Under the pieces are notes generated by a model. The model saw only the letters and a program-made list of their open reading frames with translations. It did not search any database and was not told the DNA's origin. DNA of 64,000 nt, taken from assembly GCA_963810935.1 (NCBI GenBank), contig CAWEPK010000009.1, positions 96,001 to 160,000 on the forward strand, in the 5' to 3' direction. Position numbers and translations under genes: made by a program. The DNA comes from an uncultured delta proteobacterium (GTDB lineage: Bacteria > Desulfobacterota > Syntrophorhabdia > Syntrophorhabdales > WCHB1-27). This document shows, one piece after another, positions 49,980-59,658 of the stretch. Within the stretch, counting starts at the first letter, position 1. Each line of letters starts with the position of its first letter.

Positions 49980-50966
49980 CTATCTTACTTCCTTAATCCT
50001 CTTGACGAGCGCCTGGATATCCTTTGGCTGTGCCTCATACAACGGTTTCACCGCGTCAGAAAACGCCTGGCGCTGGAAGCTGCTTGGCGCGGTTATCACG
50101 CAGCCGGCGGCGATCACCTTGTCCCTCGACTTCATCACCGTCTGGGCCCACAGCTTGAACTGTAAAGGCTGCGCTTCCCTCACGGCCTGTTTGACGATCT
50201 CGATCTCTTCGGGCGTGAGCTTGGTCGCCAGGGATGTAAGGCTGCCTATGATGATATCCGGGAGCCTCGTGTGCTCGTCCTGGATGAAGTATTTGGCAAC
50301 CTGATAGTGGTTCGTCTCGTCGTAAGTGGGGTAGTTGTTCTCCGCCCCGTCGAGGGCGCCGCTTACGAGCGCGGCGTAGGTGTCGCCGTGCGGCATTGGG
50401 ACCGCGATTGCGCCGAACGCCTCGATCATGGCCACCATCAACTGGCTCTGCAGGGTGCGTATCTTCATGCCCTTGAGGTCCGTCGGGGACCTGACGGGCT
50501 TCTTGGTGTAAAAGTTCCTCGTGCCGCCGTCGAACCACCCGAAGCCTATAAAATTGGCCTTCTCGACCGACTTCAAGACCTCGTCGCCGACTTCCCCGTT
50601 AATGACGTCGAGCATGTGCTCCGTGTCCCTGAAGAGGTAGGGCATGAGGAACGCATTCAGGGTGGGGACATACTTGGCGACCGGGCCGATATTGATCCTT
50701 GTCAGGTCGATCTCGCCGTCCTGCACCTTTTTGATGACTGCCGCCTCATCACCCAGCTTCATGTTGTCGTAAACCTCGATGATGACCTTGCCCTTCGTCC
50801 TCTGCTTGACGATTTTAGCGATCTCGAAATCCCCGACGGTAGTGGGGTAGGCTGCATCGTGTATCTCGGCGAACCTGAGCGTCACCGGCTTCCCGGCAAA
50901 TGCCCTATCGTTTGAGCCGCACAGGACGACGGCAGACAGCAAGGAAACGAGGACCAGTTTTTTCAT
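49980..50966 (-). CDS. TRAP transporter substrate-binding protein DctP (orphan)
   Basis: Signal peptide, PYLFRD, GTRNFY, DLKGMKIR, DGAENN. Confidence 0.9.
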   Translation of the reverse strand: MKKLVLVSLLSAVVLCGSNDRAFAGKPVTLRFAEIHDAAYPTTVGDFEIAKIVKQRTKGKVIIEVYDNMKLGDEAAVIKKVQDGEIDLTRINIGPVAKYVPTLNAFLMPYLFRDTEHMLDVINGEVGDEVLKSVEKANFIGFGWFDGGTRNFYTKKPVRSPTDLKGMKIRTLQSQLMVAMIEAFGAIAVPMPHGDTYAALVSGALDGAENNYPTYDETNHYQVAKYFIQDEHTRLPDIIIGSLTSLATKLTPEEIEIVKQAVREAQPLQFKLWAQTVMKSRDKVIAAGCVITAPSSFQRQAFSDAVKPLYEAQPKDIQALVKRIKEVR

Positions 50967-51046
50967 GGGGCCTCCCTTTCGCGCAACGTTTCGGTCGGTA
51001 TGCTATTTCTCTACCACCCCGCGCCCGCCCAATGCAAGATAAATTG

Positions 51047-51343
51047 CTATTTGGCGACAACCTTGGGGGTAAGGCGGGACACGGCTATCTTATCCGCCCT
51101 TTTGCGTACCTGTGCGAGGTCGAAATTTGTCTGCATGCGCAGCCAGGTATCGGCCGTACTACCGAATGCCTTCTCGAAACGTACCGCCATTTCCGGCGTA
51201 ACGCTGCTGCGGCCTGCTATCACGTTATGAAGCTGCTGGCGGGTAACGCCGAGGCCTTTTGCGGCTTCCGCTACGCTTAAACCAAGCTCCGAGAGGCACT
51301 CTGCCACGAGAGCGCCAGGATGCACGGGATGTTTCATCTCCAT
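51047..51343 (-). CDS. higA: HigA family antitoxin
   Basis: HPGALV, HTH AAKGLGVTRQQL, TPEMAVR, WLRMQ. Confidence 0.9.
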   Translation of the reverse strand: MEMKHPVHPGALVAECLSELGLSVAEAAKGLGVTRQQLHNVIAGRSSVTPEMAVRFEKAFGSTADTWLRMQTNFDLAQVRKRADKIAVSRLTPKVVAK

Positions 51344-51357
51344 GGTTCATACCTCCT

Positions 51358-51636
51358 TTAATGATAATCGACGAAGTCAACGTCGAAGACGTCTCCCCCG
51401 TCGAAACGAAACGTTATTCTCCAATTGGCCCTGACGGTCACTGCAAAATGACCTTTCAACGCGCCTTTAAGGGGATGCAGCCGGAAAGTCGGCACATCTA
51501 TCCCTTCTATGTTCGATGCCGCGTGCAAGACGGACAGAATGAGCATGATCCGGGCCAGCATATCGGCAGGCAATTTCCTGCCGTCGTCATCCTCAAATAA
51601 CAGTTGCAGGCCCTTGCTCCGGAAATTCTTAATCAT
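51358..51636 (-). CDS. higB: HigB/RelE family toxin
   Basis: MIKNFRSKGL, RLHPLKG, VRANWRITFRF, DYH. Confidence 0.9.
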   Translation of the reverse strand: MIKNFRSKGLQLLFEDDDGRKLPADMLARIMLILSVLHAASNIEGIDVPTFRLHPLKGALKGHFAVTVRANWRITFRFDGGDVFDVDFVDYH

Positions 51637-51644
51637 CTGCTATA

Positions 51645-51672
51645 TTGTAAAGCGTCAAATTACATTTTACAA
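51645..51672. promoter_or_regulatory. Putative HigA operator overlapping the higBA promoter
   Basis: Inverted TTGTAAA / TTTACAA; minus-strand -10 TACAAT about 7 nt from the ATG. Confidence 0.45.
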
Positions 51673-51780
51673 CACTTTTTTGAAAGGCACACTACGCATG
51701 CGTCCAGGAATCTTTAGTTTTTACTTTCCCTTCCGTTTTTCATATAATACCGGAAGTTACGAGCGCAAAAAAGGTAAGGC

Positions 51781-53118
51781 ATGGCAAGGCATACTATCAT
51801 ACTGGGCGATTCGAGGCAGATGTTGGAGGTGCCTTCAGGGTCGGTCCACCTCGTCGTTACCTCGCCCCCGTATTGGCAGCTCAAGGACTACGGCTCGCCG
51901 ACGCAGATCGGCTTCGACGACTCCTACGAAGACTACATCAACAACATGAACTGCGTCTGGATGGAGTGCAGCCGCGTGCTCCACGGCGGGTGCAGGATGT
52001 GCGTCGTCCTGGGCGACCAGTTCGCCCGTTCCGTCATTTACGGCCGGTACAAGATTATCCCGATCAAGACCGAGGTCATAAGGTTTTGCGAGACTATCGG
52101 CTTCGACTTCATGGGCGCTGTCATATGGCAGAAGCTGACAACCTGCAATACCACGGGCGGCGCGAGCGTCATGGGCTCTTACGGTTACCCGAGGAACGGG
52201 GTAGTGAAGCTCGACTACGAATCGATCCTCATATTCAGGAAGGCAGGGGAGCCACCCACGGTGCCGGCCGAGGCGAAGCAGGCATCCAGGATCACTCCGG
52301 AGGAGTGGAACGTCTATTTCACCGGCCACTGGCGGCTGCCGGGGGAGAGGCAGACGAGCCACCTGGCGGTCTTCCCAGAGGAGATACCCCGGAGGCTGAT
52401 CAAGATGTTCAGCTTCGCGGGCGAGACTGTGCTCGATCCATTCCTGGGCAGCGGCACTACGATGTGCGCGGCTGAGAGGAGCGGCAGGAACTCGATAGGT
52501 TACGAGATCAACCGGGCCACCCTCCCGGTCATCGAAGAAAAGCTCGGACTGACCGCCCTCATCCACCCCGGGTCGTTCGAGGTCATCAAGCAGGACGGCG
52601 CGACGCCCCCGAAAGAGGAGCTTTTCACAGCGCTGCCTTACCTGTTTAAGGACCCGGCCGGGATCGTCCGCCGGATGGACCCCAGAGAAAAGGACTTCGG
52701 GTCGAAGATCGCGGCCGGGGTGAAGCCCCAAAAGCGCGAGCTGTTTACCGTAAAGGAGGTGCGCAGCCCCGAAGAAGTGGTGCTCTCCAATGGAGATACC
52801 ATCAGGCTGATAGGCATAAGGGGCAACGGGCTGACGGACAGGGAGGCGGTCGCGTGGCTGGAGGAGGCGACAAAGAACCAGAGGGTCTTCCTGATGTCCG
52901 AAGACGAAAACGGCGCAGGAGGCGAGGCCGCGGACATGCACACTGCCGGTGCGCCGGGCGCAAGGCAGTGCTACCTCTATCTCAAGAACCGGACTTTCCT
53001 GAACGCCCACCTTATCAAAAAGGGCCTCGTCGACGTCGATCTATCGTCCGAATACTCGAAGCGCGGGAAATTCTTAAGCTACCTCCGGCCCCCGCCGGCC
53101 CCCATAAAAAAAATCTGA
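51781..53118 (+). CDS. Orphan beta-class N4/N6 DNA methyltransferase with a C-terminal degenerate SNase-like domain
   Basis: VTSPPY precedes DPFLGSGTT; C-terminal IRLIGI...YLYLKNRTFLNAHLIKKG. Confidence 0.88.
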   Translation: MARHTIILGDSRQMLEVPSGSVHLVVTSPPYWQLKDYGSPTQIGFDDSYEDYINNMNCVWMECSRVLHGGCRMCVVLGDQFARSVIYGRYKIIPIKTEVIRFCETIGFDFMGAVIWQKLTTCNTTGGASVMGSYGYPRNGVVKLDYESILIFRKAGEPPTVPAEAKQASRITPEEWNVYFTGHWRLPGERQTSHLAVFPEEIPRRLIKMFSFAGETVLDPFLGSGTTMCAAERSGRNSIGYEINRATLPVIEEKLGLTALIHPGSFEVIKQDGATPPKEELFTALPYLFKDPAGIVRRMDPREKDFGSKIAAGVKPQKRELFTVKEVRSPEEVVLSNGDTIRLIGIRGNGLTDREAVAWLEEATKNQRVFLMSEDENGAGGEAADMHTAGAPGARQCYLYLKNRTFLNAHLIKKGLVDVDLSSEYSKRGKFLSYLRPPPAPIKKI

Positions 53119-53162
53119 CCGCTGTAGTTGACAATTTGCTGCACTAAACTCTTAATAAGAGT

Positions 53163-53396
53163 ATGGGATCAGAGAATAAGATCCTGAAATATCTCAAAAA
53201 GAGGAAAATCGCATCCGGCAGGGAGATATGCGGGTTCTTCGGGTTTTCCCGTCAAAATCTCAACAAACTCGTAAAAAAGCTTATCTGGAGAGGCGCAGTC
53301 ATCAAAGAAGGCAAAACAAAGGGCGCCATCTACAGGGTCGCAGAGAAGATAAAGAGCCTGCGCCAGCATGAGCAAATAGGCTTTTTGAAGAAGTGA
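53163..53396 (+). CDS. Small winged-helix protein (possibly a truncated remnant)
   Basis: ILKYLK..SGREIC..FSRQNLNK..L...G.VIKEGKTKGAIY; TTGACA upstream. Confidence 0.55.
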   Translation: MGSENKILKYLKKRKIASGREICGFFGFSRQNLNKLVKKLIWRGAVIKEGKTKGAIYRVAEKIKSLRQHEQIGFLKK

Positions 53397-53465
53397 CGGG
53401 CGAAGGGCGCCTTTGCCCACGTAAAGGCATCCGTTCGCTTAAGTCAGCCGTGGTGTGATTATTCC

Positions 53466-54479
53466 CTAAAGTCCGACACCGTCGATCTTCGCCTTACAGA
53501 AACGGCAATGGCCGTCTTCCAGATCGGACCCGGTGACCGTAAACCCCGACCTCGTGATTACCGGCTTTTTGCAGGCATAGCAGTAGGTGTTCTCCCCGTC
53601 TATGCCGGGGATGTTCCCCGTGTAGACGTACCGGAGGCCCGCCTCGAGCCCTATCTCCCTCGCCGCAATAAGCGTCTCCGCCGGAGTCGGAAAACTGTCC
53701 TTAAGCTTAAAGGTCGGGTAGAAGGCGCTCACGTGCCAGGGCGTCTCGACGCCCACCTCATCCCTTATGAACGCGGCTATGCGCGCAAACTCGTCCACGC
53801 TGTCGTTGTACTTCGGGATTATCAAAGTCGTCAGCTCCACCCATATGCCGAGGGACTTGTAAACCTTGATCGAAGCCAATACCTCTTTCAGCTTCGCCCC
53901 GCAGACCCTCCGGTAAAAGCCGTCCGACATGCTTTTCAAATCGATGTTCGCAGCACTGAGGTACGGCCTTATCGCCTCCAGGGGCTTTGCCTCGATGTAG
54001 CCGTTGGTCACGAAATTATTGTAAATGCCTTCCGCTTTGGCCAGTATAGCGATGTCCGAGGCATACTCGTAGAACATGGTCGGCTCGGTGTAGGTATACG
54101 AGATGCTCTTGCACCCGGCCGCTTTCGCTTCCGCGACGACGGAGGCCGGGCCGATGGGGTAGCCCGCGATCTTGTCGCCGCTTCGGGGCTGCTGCGATAT
54201 CTCGTGGTTCTGGCAGTGGAGGCAGCGGAAGTTACAGCCTACAGTGGCTATAGAGAACGCCGTCGAGCCGGGGAAGAAATGGTATAGCGGCTTTTTCTCG
54301 ATGGGGTCAACGTGCCAGGAGCACGGATTGCCGTAGACGAGGGTGTAAAGCGTGCCTCCTTTGTTCTCTCTGACGCAGCAGATACCCCTTTTGCCGTCGG
54401 GGATCAGGCAGTGGTGCCTGCAAAGGAAGCAGGCGACCTTTCTACCCTCGCGCTTCTCATAAAAGGAGGCTTCTCTCAC
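53466..54479 (-). CDS. amrS: AmmeMemoRadiSam system radical SAM enzyme
   Basis: CxxC..C N-terminus, DPIEKKPLYHF, GCNFRCLHCQN, YTYTEP, YVYTGN. Confidence 0.92.
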   Translation of the reverse strand: MREASFYEKREGRKVACFLCRHHCLIPDGKRGICCVRENKGGTLYTLVYGNPCSWHVDPIEKKPLYHFFPGSTAFSIATVGCNFRCLHCQNHEISQQPRSGDKIAGYPIGPASVVAEAKAAGCKSISYTYTEPTMFYEYASDIAILAKAEGIYNNFVTNGYIEAKPLEAIRPYLSAANIDLKSMSDGFYRRVCGAKLKEVLASIKVYKSLGIWVELTTLIIPKYNDSVDEFARIAAFIRDEVGVETPWHVSAFYPTFKLKDSFPTPAETLIAAREIGLEAGLRYVYTGNIPGIDGENTYCYACKKPVITRSGFTVTGSDLEDGHCRFCKAKIDGVGL

Positions 54480-54498
54480 GGCTACCCCCGCCCACTTA

Positions 54499-56934
54499 CT
54501 AGTGCGGGCTACGTCCGGACGTCGGCCGCGCGTATGCCCGGCTCAAGCCGGATGCGCGGTGGCCAGTCCCTTTCTTCGGTTTCTTGATACGCGCTTTCCC
54601 GCGGCCGCCAAAGAGGATACCGGTAACGCCGTCCATGTCCTTTACCGGCAGGAACTCGACCCGTCTTCTCACGTACGGCGGCATCTCTTCAAGCTCCCTC
54701 GCGTTGTCTGCGGGGATGATTATCCTGCCTATCCCCGCGCGCAGGGCGGCCAGCGTCTTCTCTTTCAGGCCTCCGATGGGAAGCACCCTGCCGGTGAGTG
54801 TAATCTCCCCGGTCATGGCGATCTTCTTGTCTACGGGCTTGCCCGTCAGGGCGCTTATCATCGCCACTGCCATCGTGATGCCTGCCGACGGACCGTCCTT
54901 CGGTATCGCGCCCTGCGGTACGTGGATATGCAGCTCCAGATCGTTGAACACGGTGTCGTTTATGCCCAGCGCCTTTCCCCGTGCCTTGATGTAGCTTAAA
55001 GCCGCCTGGGCCGATTCTTTCATTATGTTCCCCATGTTGCCCGTTAGGATAAGCTCTTTCTTGCCCTTCCGGACGGACGCCTCGATAAAGAGCAGGTCGC
55101 CGCCCGCCTCGGTCCAGGCAAGGCCGCAGACTACGCCGACCGTGTCTTCCTCGAGCACGTTCTCCGGCAGGAATTTAGGCCGGCCGAGCAGGTTGTGCAG
55201 GTTGTTGGCAGTCACCGTTATGCCCTGCTCGCTGCCGCCCGCGATCTTGCGCGCCACCTTCCTGGCCACCGCCGCTATCTCCCGTTCCAGGTTGCGAAGG
55301 CCCGCCTCCCTGGTATACTCCGTGATGATCTTCGTGATCCCCTTGTCGTTGAAGCGCAGGTAGCCCTTCTCGAGCCCGTTCTCCCTGATCTGCTTCGGGA
55401 CGAGGTGGCGCTTCGCGATGAGGAGCTTCTCAAGCTCGGTGTAGCCGGGGATGGGTATCACTTCCATCCTGTCGTGGAGCGCCGCAGGGATCGTGTCCAC
55501 CTGGTTCGCGGTGGTGATGAACATGACCTTCGAAAGATCGAAGGGGAGGTTCAGGTAGTGGTCGCTGAAGGCGACGTTCTGCTCCGGGTCGAGCACCTCA
55601 AGGAGCGCGCTTGCCGGGTCGCCCCTGAAGTCCATCCCGATCTTGTCCACCTCGTCCAGCATGAAGACAGGGTTGTTGGTCCCGCCCTGCCGCAGGCCCT
55701 GCATGATCCGGCCCGGCATGGCGCCCACATATGTCCTCCTGTGGCCGCGTATCTCCGCCTCGTCCTTCATGCCTCCCAGCGACATGCGCTGGAAGCTCCT
55801 GCCCAGCGCCCGCGCTATGCTCTTGCCCAGCGAAGTCTTACCCACTCCGGGAGGGCCGACGAAGCAAAGGATGGGCCCCTTCATCTCGCCTTTCAGCTTG
55901 ATGACGCTTAAGAATTCGAGGATCCTCTCTTTCACCTTCTCCAGGTCGTAGTGGTCTTCGTCGAGGATGGCCTTCACCTTTTTTATGTCTATGTTGTCTT
56001 TCGTCGATACGCTCCAGGGCAGTTCGACCAGCCACTCTATATAGGTCCTGAGCATATTCGACTCTATCGCGTCGGGATGCATCATCTCCAGCCGCTCGAC
56101 CTGCTTTTTTGCCTCTTTCTCCACCTCGCGCGGCATCTTCGCCTTCTTGATCCTCTTGCGCAGGTCTTTGACCTCTTCGTCGCGCTCGTCGGTCTCGCCA
56201 AGCTCGGAGCGTATGGCCTTCATCTGCTCCCTGAGGAAGTAATCCCTCTGGCTTTTGGTCATCTCTTCCTTGGCCTGCGAGAGTATCTTCGCCTGCATGT
56301 TCAGGAGCTCGATCTCTTTGCCGACGATCTCCGAGAGCTTGCGCAGCCGGGCGATGGGGTCTACGATCTCCAGTATCTCCTGTGCCTTCTCGACCTGGAG
56401 CCCCAGGTTGGCGCAGGCGACGTCGGCGAACCGGCCGGGCTCGTCTATCGTGTCCAGGACCAGGAGCACGTCGGAGGGCACCATCCTTCCCATCGAGACG
56501 ACCTTTTCCATCTCTTCCCTGATGTAGCGCATCAGGGCTTCCGTCTCCAGCGATATCTCCGTTATGAGCGGCTCTTCAATGGGCTTTATCCGCACCAGGA
56601 ATGTCGGGGTCTCCTGTACGTATTCCTCGATCTGCGCCCTCTTTAGCCCCTGTATGAGTATCTTTATCCTGCCGTCGGGCAGGCGCAGCATCCGCATTAC
56701 CTGGGAGATGACGCCCATCGAATAGATCCTGCCCGGCAGGGGGTCCTCGTCCGTAAGGTCTTTCTGCGCAGCGACGACTATGAGCCTATCCTGCGACAGC
56801 GATTTCTCGACTGCGTTTATGGATGTTTCCCTCCCGAGAAAAAGAGGGAGGGTGACGGAAGGATGCATGACCATGTCCCGCACGGGGAGCAGGGGCAGCA
56901 CTTCCGGCACCTTCAATGTTTCATTCTCCATCAT
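54499..56934 (-). CDS. lon: ATP-dependent protease La (LonA)
   Basis: LON N-domain, GPPGVGKTS, LDEVDK, PKDGPSAG, IGGLKEK. Confidence 0.97.
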   Translation of the reverse strand: MMENETLKVPEVLPLLPVRDMVMHPSVTLPLFLGRETSINAVEKSLSQDRLIVVAAQKDLTDEDPLPGRIYSMGVISQVMRMLRLPDGRIKILIQGLKRAQIEEYVQETPTFLVRIKPIEEPLITEISLETEALMRYIREEMEKVVSMGRMVPSDVLLVLDTIDEPGRFADVACANLGLQVEKAQEILEIVDPIARLRKLSEIVGKEIELLNMQAKILSQAKEEMTKSQRDYFLREQMKAIRSELGETDERDEEVKDLRKRIKKAKMPREVEKEAKKQVERLEMMHPDAIESNMLRTYIEWLVELPWSVSTKDNIDIKKVKAILDEDHYDLEKVKERILEFLSVIKLKGEMKGPILCFVGPPGVGKTSLGKSIARALGRSFQRMSLGGMKDEAEIRGHRRTYVGAMPGRIMQGLRQGGTNNPVFMLDEVDKIGMDFRGDPASALLEVLDPEQNVAFSDHYLNLPFDLSKVMFITTANQVDTIPAALHDRMEVIPIPGYTELEKLLIAKRHLVPKQIRENGLEKGYLRFNDKGITKIITEYTREAGLRNLEREIAAVARKVARKIAGGSEQGITVTANNLHNLLGRPKFLPENVLEEDTVGVVCGLAWTEAGGDLLFIEASVRKGKKELILTGNMGNIMKESAQAALSYIKARGKALGINDTVFNDLELHIHVPQGAIPKDGPSAGITMAVAMISALTGKPVDKKIAMTGEITLTGRVLPIGGLKEKTLAALRAGIGRIIIPADNARELEEMPPYVRRRVEFLPVKDMDGVTGILFGGRGKARIKKPKKGTGHRASGLSRAYARPTSGRSPH

Positions 56935-57055
56935 TTAGTTCTTGCCTCCATTATTGGGGCTCAGCACCCCCTCCACGAGCAAAGCCCGTGGAGCCTCCCT
57001 GCTCAGCGCTTCGCATACGCTCGCTTTGTTAGTGCAAGCAGCAGGCACGTTGATT

Positions 57056-58408
57056 CTACCCGGCAAAAAACGCCTTAAAGGCACGGTATGCCTCATATAT
57101 ATCCAGCTTGCTCGATATCTCGAACGGGGAGTGCATCGTAAGGATGGGGGCACCCATATCGATGATGTCCATGCCGTATTCGGCAAGGAACTTGGCGACC
57201 GTCCCGCCTCCTCCTTCGTCGATTTTTCCCAGCTCTCCCACCTGCCATACGACGCCTGCCCTGGAAAAAAGCTCTCTTATCTCTCCCATGTATTCCGCGT
57301 GGGCGTCGTTTGCCCCTACCTTGCCGGCATGACCCGTAAATTTCGTGACGCAGACGCCGGCGCCCATGTAGCACGCGTTCTGCTTCTCGTGCACTTCCTG
57401 CCAGTTGGGGTTGACCGCGCCGTTGACGTCGGCGCTGATTGCCTTCGACCTGAACAGCGCGCGCCTTATCACGGTCTCGACCTCGTGCAGACCCAGGCCC
57501 TCAACCACGTCCTCGAGGAAGACATGTATAAAATGGGATTGCGCGCCTGTGTTCCCCTCAGAGCCTATCTCTTCCTTGTCGGCAAAGATGGCGAGCATCG
57601 GCCGGTCCGGCTCTTCTTCCAGGTCGGTGAATGCGGTGAGCAGAGGGTAGGCGGAAGCCCGGTCGTCCTGGCCGTAGGCGCCTACCATGCTCCTGTCTAT
57701 GCCTACGTCCCGCGCCTTGAACGCGGGCACTGCCTCGATCTCCGCGCTCAGGAAATCTTCTTCCCCTATGCCGTACCGCTCCTCCAGCAGCCGGAGGACG
57801 CCAGTTTTTACCGGCTCTTTCTCCTCGCCCATGAGCGGCATGTTCCCGAAGAGAATCGTCAGCTTCTCGCCCTCGATCGCCTCCGAGAGCTTCTTCTCGT
57901 CCTGATGCTTGTGCGAGAGATGGGGGAGTAAATCGTCGATAGAAAAGACCGGGTCGCCTTCGTCCTCTCCGATGCAGAGAGTGACGATGCCGCCGTCCGC
58001 CTTGACGACCACGCCGTGCAGTGCGAGCGGCATTGCCACCCATTGGTACTTCTTTATGCCGCCGTAATAATGGGTGCGAAGGAGCGCCACGTCCACCTCT
58101 TCGTAAAGCGGGTTTTGCTTCAGGTCGAGGCGCGGGGCATCGATGTGGGCGATCACGATCCTCATACCATCCGCAACGGCAGCTTTGCCTTTTCTGAAGG
58201 CGATAACTTCCTTGCCTCTGTTCACCCTGTAATACCTGGCTGCCCCGGGGTCGTCCGTGAAGCCTGCGGTGCGGAGGGCCTGCTCGATCTGCACGGCCGC
58301 CTCCCGCTCGGTCTTGCCGGCGTCAAGGAACTTCTTGTAACCTTCGGAAAAAGCGAAAATACGGTTTATTTCCTCTGTCGATTTCTGCTTCCAGCCTTTT
58401 TTTTCCAT
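57056..58408 (-). CDS. M18 family aminopeptidase
   Basis: AHIDAPRLDLK, HYYGGIKKYQW, GQDDR, DKEEIGS, MHSPFE; alternative start at 58450. Confidence 0.9.
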   Translation of the reverse strand: MEKKGWKQKSTEEINRIFAFSEGYKKFLDAGKTEREAAVQIEQALRTAGFTDDPGAARYYRVNRGKEVIAFRKGKAAVADGMRIVIAHIDAPRLDLKQNPLYEEVDVALLRTHYYGGIKKYQWVAMPLALHGVVVKADGGIVTLCIGEDEGDPVFSIDDLLPHLSHKHQDEKKLSEAIEGEKLTILFGNMPLMGEEKEPVKTGVLRLLEERYGIGEEDFLSAEIEAVPAFKARDVGIDRSMVGAYGQDDRASAYPLLTAFTDLEEEPDRPMLAIFADKEEIGSEGNTGAQSHFIHVFLEDVVEGLGLHEVETVIRRALFRSKAISADVNGAVNPNWQEVHEKQNACYMGAGVCVTKFTGHAGKVGANDAHAEYMGEIRELFSRAGVVWQVGELGKIDEGGGGTVAKFLAEYGMDIIDMGAPILTMHSPFEISSKLDIYEAYRAFKAFFAG

Positions 58409-58479
58409 GGGGGTTACCTTCGCTATGTGGATTTGGTTGCCCGGTTCCATATCGTCGTGCCGGGTTCGAGGCTGAAACG

Positions 58480-58677
58480 TCAGGAGGCAGGGTCGATCTC
58501 GCAGGCGTTGGTGGCGTCAATCTTCGCCGCTTCTTCTGCCTGACCCTCCGTAAGCTCTCGCAGGTATTCGCAAAGATGGAGGCGCTGGAAAGCACCCTCC
58601 CTGTATATAACCATATCATCGGGTTGTTTGGGCGCCTGGGACTTTTTGTCCGTCATACGATAGTTTACCTCATCCAT
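58480..58677 (-). CDS. Hypothetical small protein
   Basis: Co-oriented ORF filling the gap before the aminopeptidase; no motif recognised. Confidence 0.3.
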   Translation of the reverse strand: MDEVNYRMTDKKSQAPKQPDDMVIYREGAFQRLHLCEYLRELTEGQAEEAAKIDATNACEIDPAS

Positions 58678-58839
58678 CGCCCCGTTTCAACCCACCGAAA
58701 GCGGCCCGGACCGGCGTTGACAGGGGGGCCGGGCGTTGCCATATTTCCTAGTGAATCAATCTTCCGGCCGGCAATAAATGACCCTGCTGCAGGCGGCGGG
58801 GTATCCGTAGGGATAAAGCAAGCGAATGCGCAGCGCTGA

Positions 58840-58892
58840 AGGGGGAGGCCCCGGCGGCTCATGCCGCCGGAGGGGGCGCTGACCCCCGGTAA
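58840..58892 (+). repeat. Dispersed structured repeat, copy 2
   Basis: GGGGGAGGCC-CCGGCGGC-TCAT-GCCGCCGG-AGGGGGCG..CCCCGGTAA. Confidence 0.6.
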
Positions 58893-58918
58893 TCACACAA
58901 GCGAGACAAAGGGACGGG

Positions 58919-59446
58919 ATGAAACGACTCCTTATGGGGCTGATCCTCGTTGTTTGCGCGGCTGTGCCGGCGTACGGCGTGGAACAGGCCATGAGCGTAG
59001 GCTATGGCATAGCTGCGTTCAACCCCGGACTGCACTTCGGCAGGATCGAGGGCGGAAGGAACTACGATTTCTTTCAGGTCACCTACCTCGTGGAAAGGCC
59101 CTGCACCGACCACCTGCCGCTCGCGGTCTTTATCGAGCCCTTTGCCTCTTACGTGAACAGGCCGAACTCCGGTGTTGATTTCGGCTTTTTCACCGGACTG
59201 AAATATTGCCTTCAAGGGGCCGACAAGAAGGGGTTCTATTTTACGGGAGGGACCGGAATGGTTTACTCCACCATAGGCTTCAAGGAACAGGGCACCCATC
59301 TGGACTTCACGCTCGAAGCGGGGGTGGGCTACCGCTACGGGCGGTTCTTCATCGAAAACCGTCTGCGGCACTACTCGAACGGAGCATCGGCCACGCCAAA
59401 CAGGTCGGTCGACGCAAACGTCCTCAGCGTCGGCCTCTACTTCTGA
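58919..59446 (+). CDS. PagL-like acyloxyacyl hydrolase (outer-membrane beta-barrel)
   Basis: Signal peptide, RLRHYSNG..PN motif, terminal aromatic F. Confidence 0.75.
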   Translation: MKRLLMGLILVVCAAVPAYGVEQAMSVGYGIAAFNPGLHFGRIEGGRNYDFFQVTYLVERPCTDHLPLAVFIEPFASYVNRPNSGVDFGFFTGLKYCLQGADKKGFYFTGGTGMVYSTIGFKEQGTHLDFTLEAGVGYRYGRFFIENRLRHYSNGASATPNRSVDANVLSVGLYF

Positions 59447-59658
59447 AATACCGCACGGCTCCCTAAAAGCAGGCACGCGCCAAGGCCGCGAGCGGCCGGC
59501 TTAACTCTTCCGCCCGGTATCCGATAAATAGAATATATGGCTGCGGTCGGGCGGCGCCCTGGCCTGCAAGTGAGCGTCGTTTACGGGCCGAACCTCGCGC
59601 GGCATTTCGCGTCTTTTGAGGACGCCCGCGATACTCGAGGTTTCACCAGGGAGTAGGC

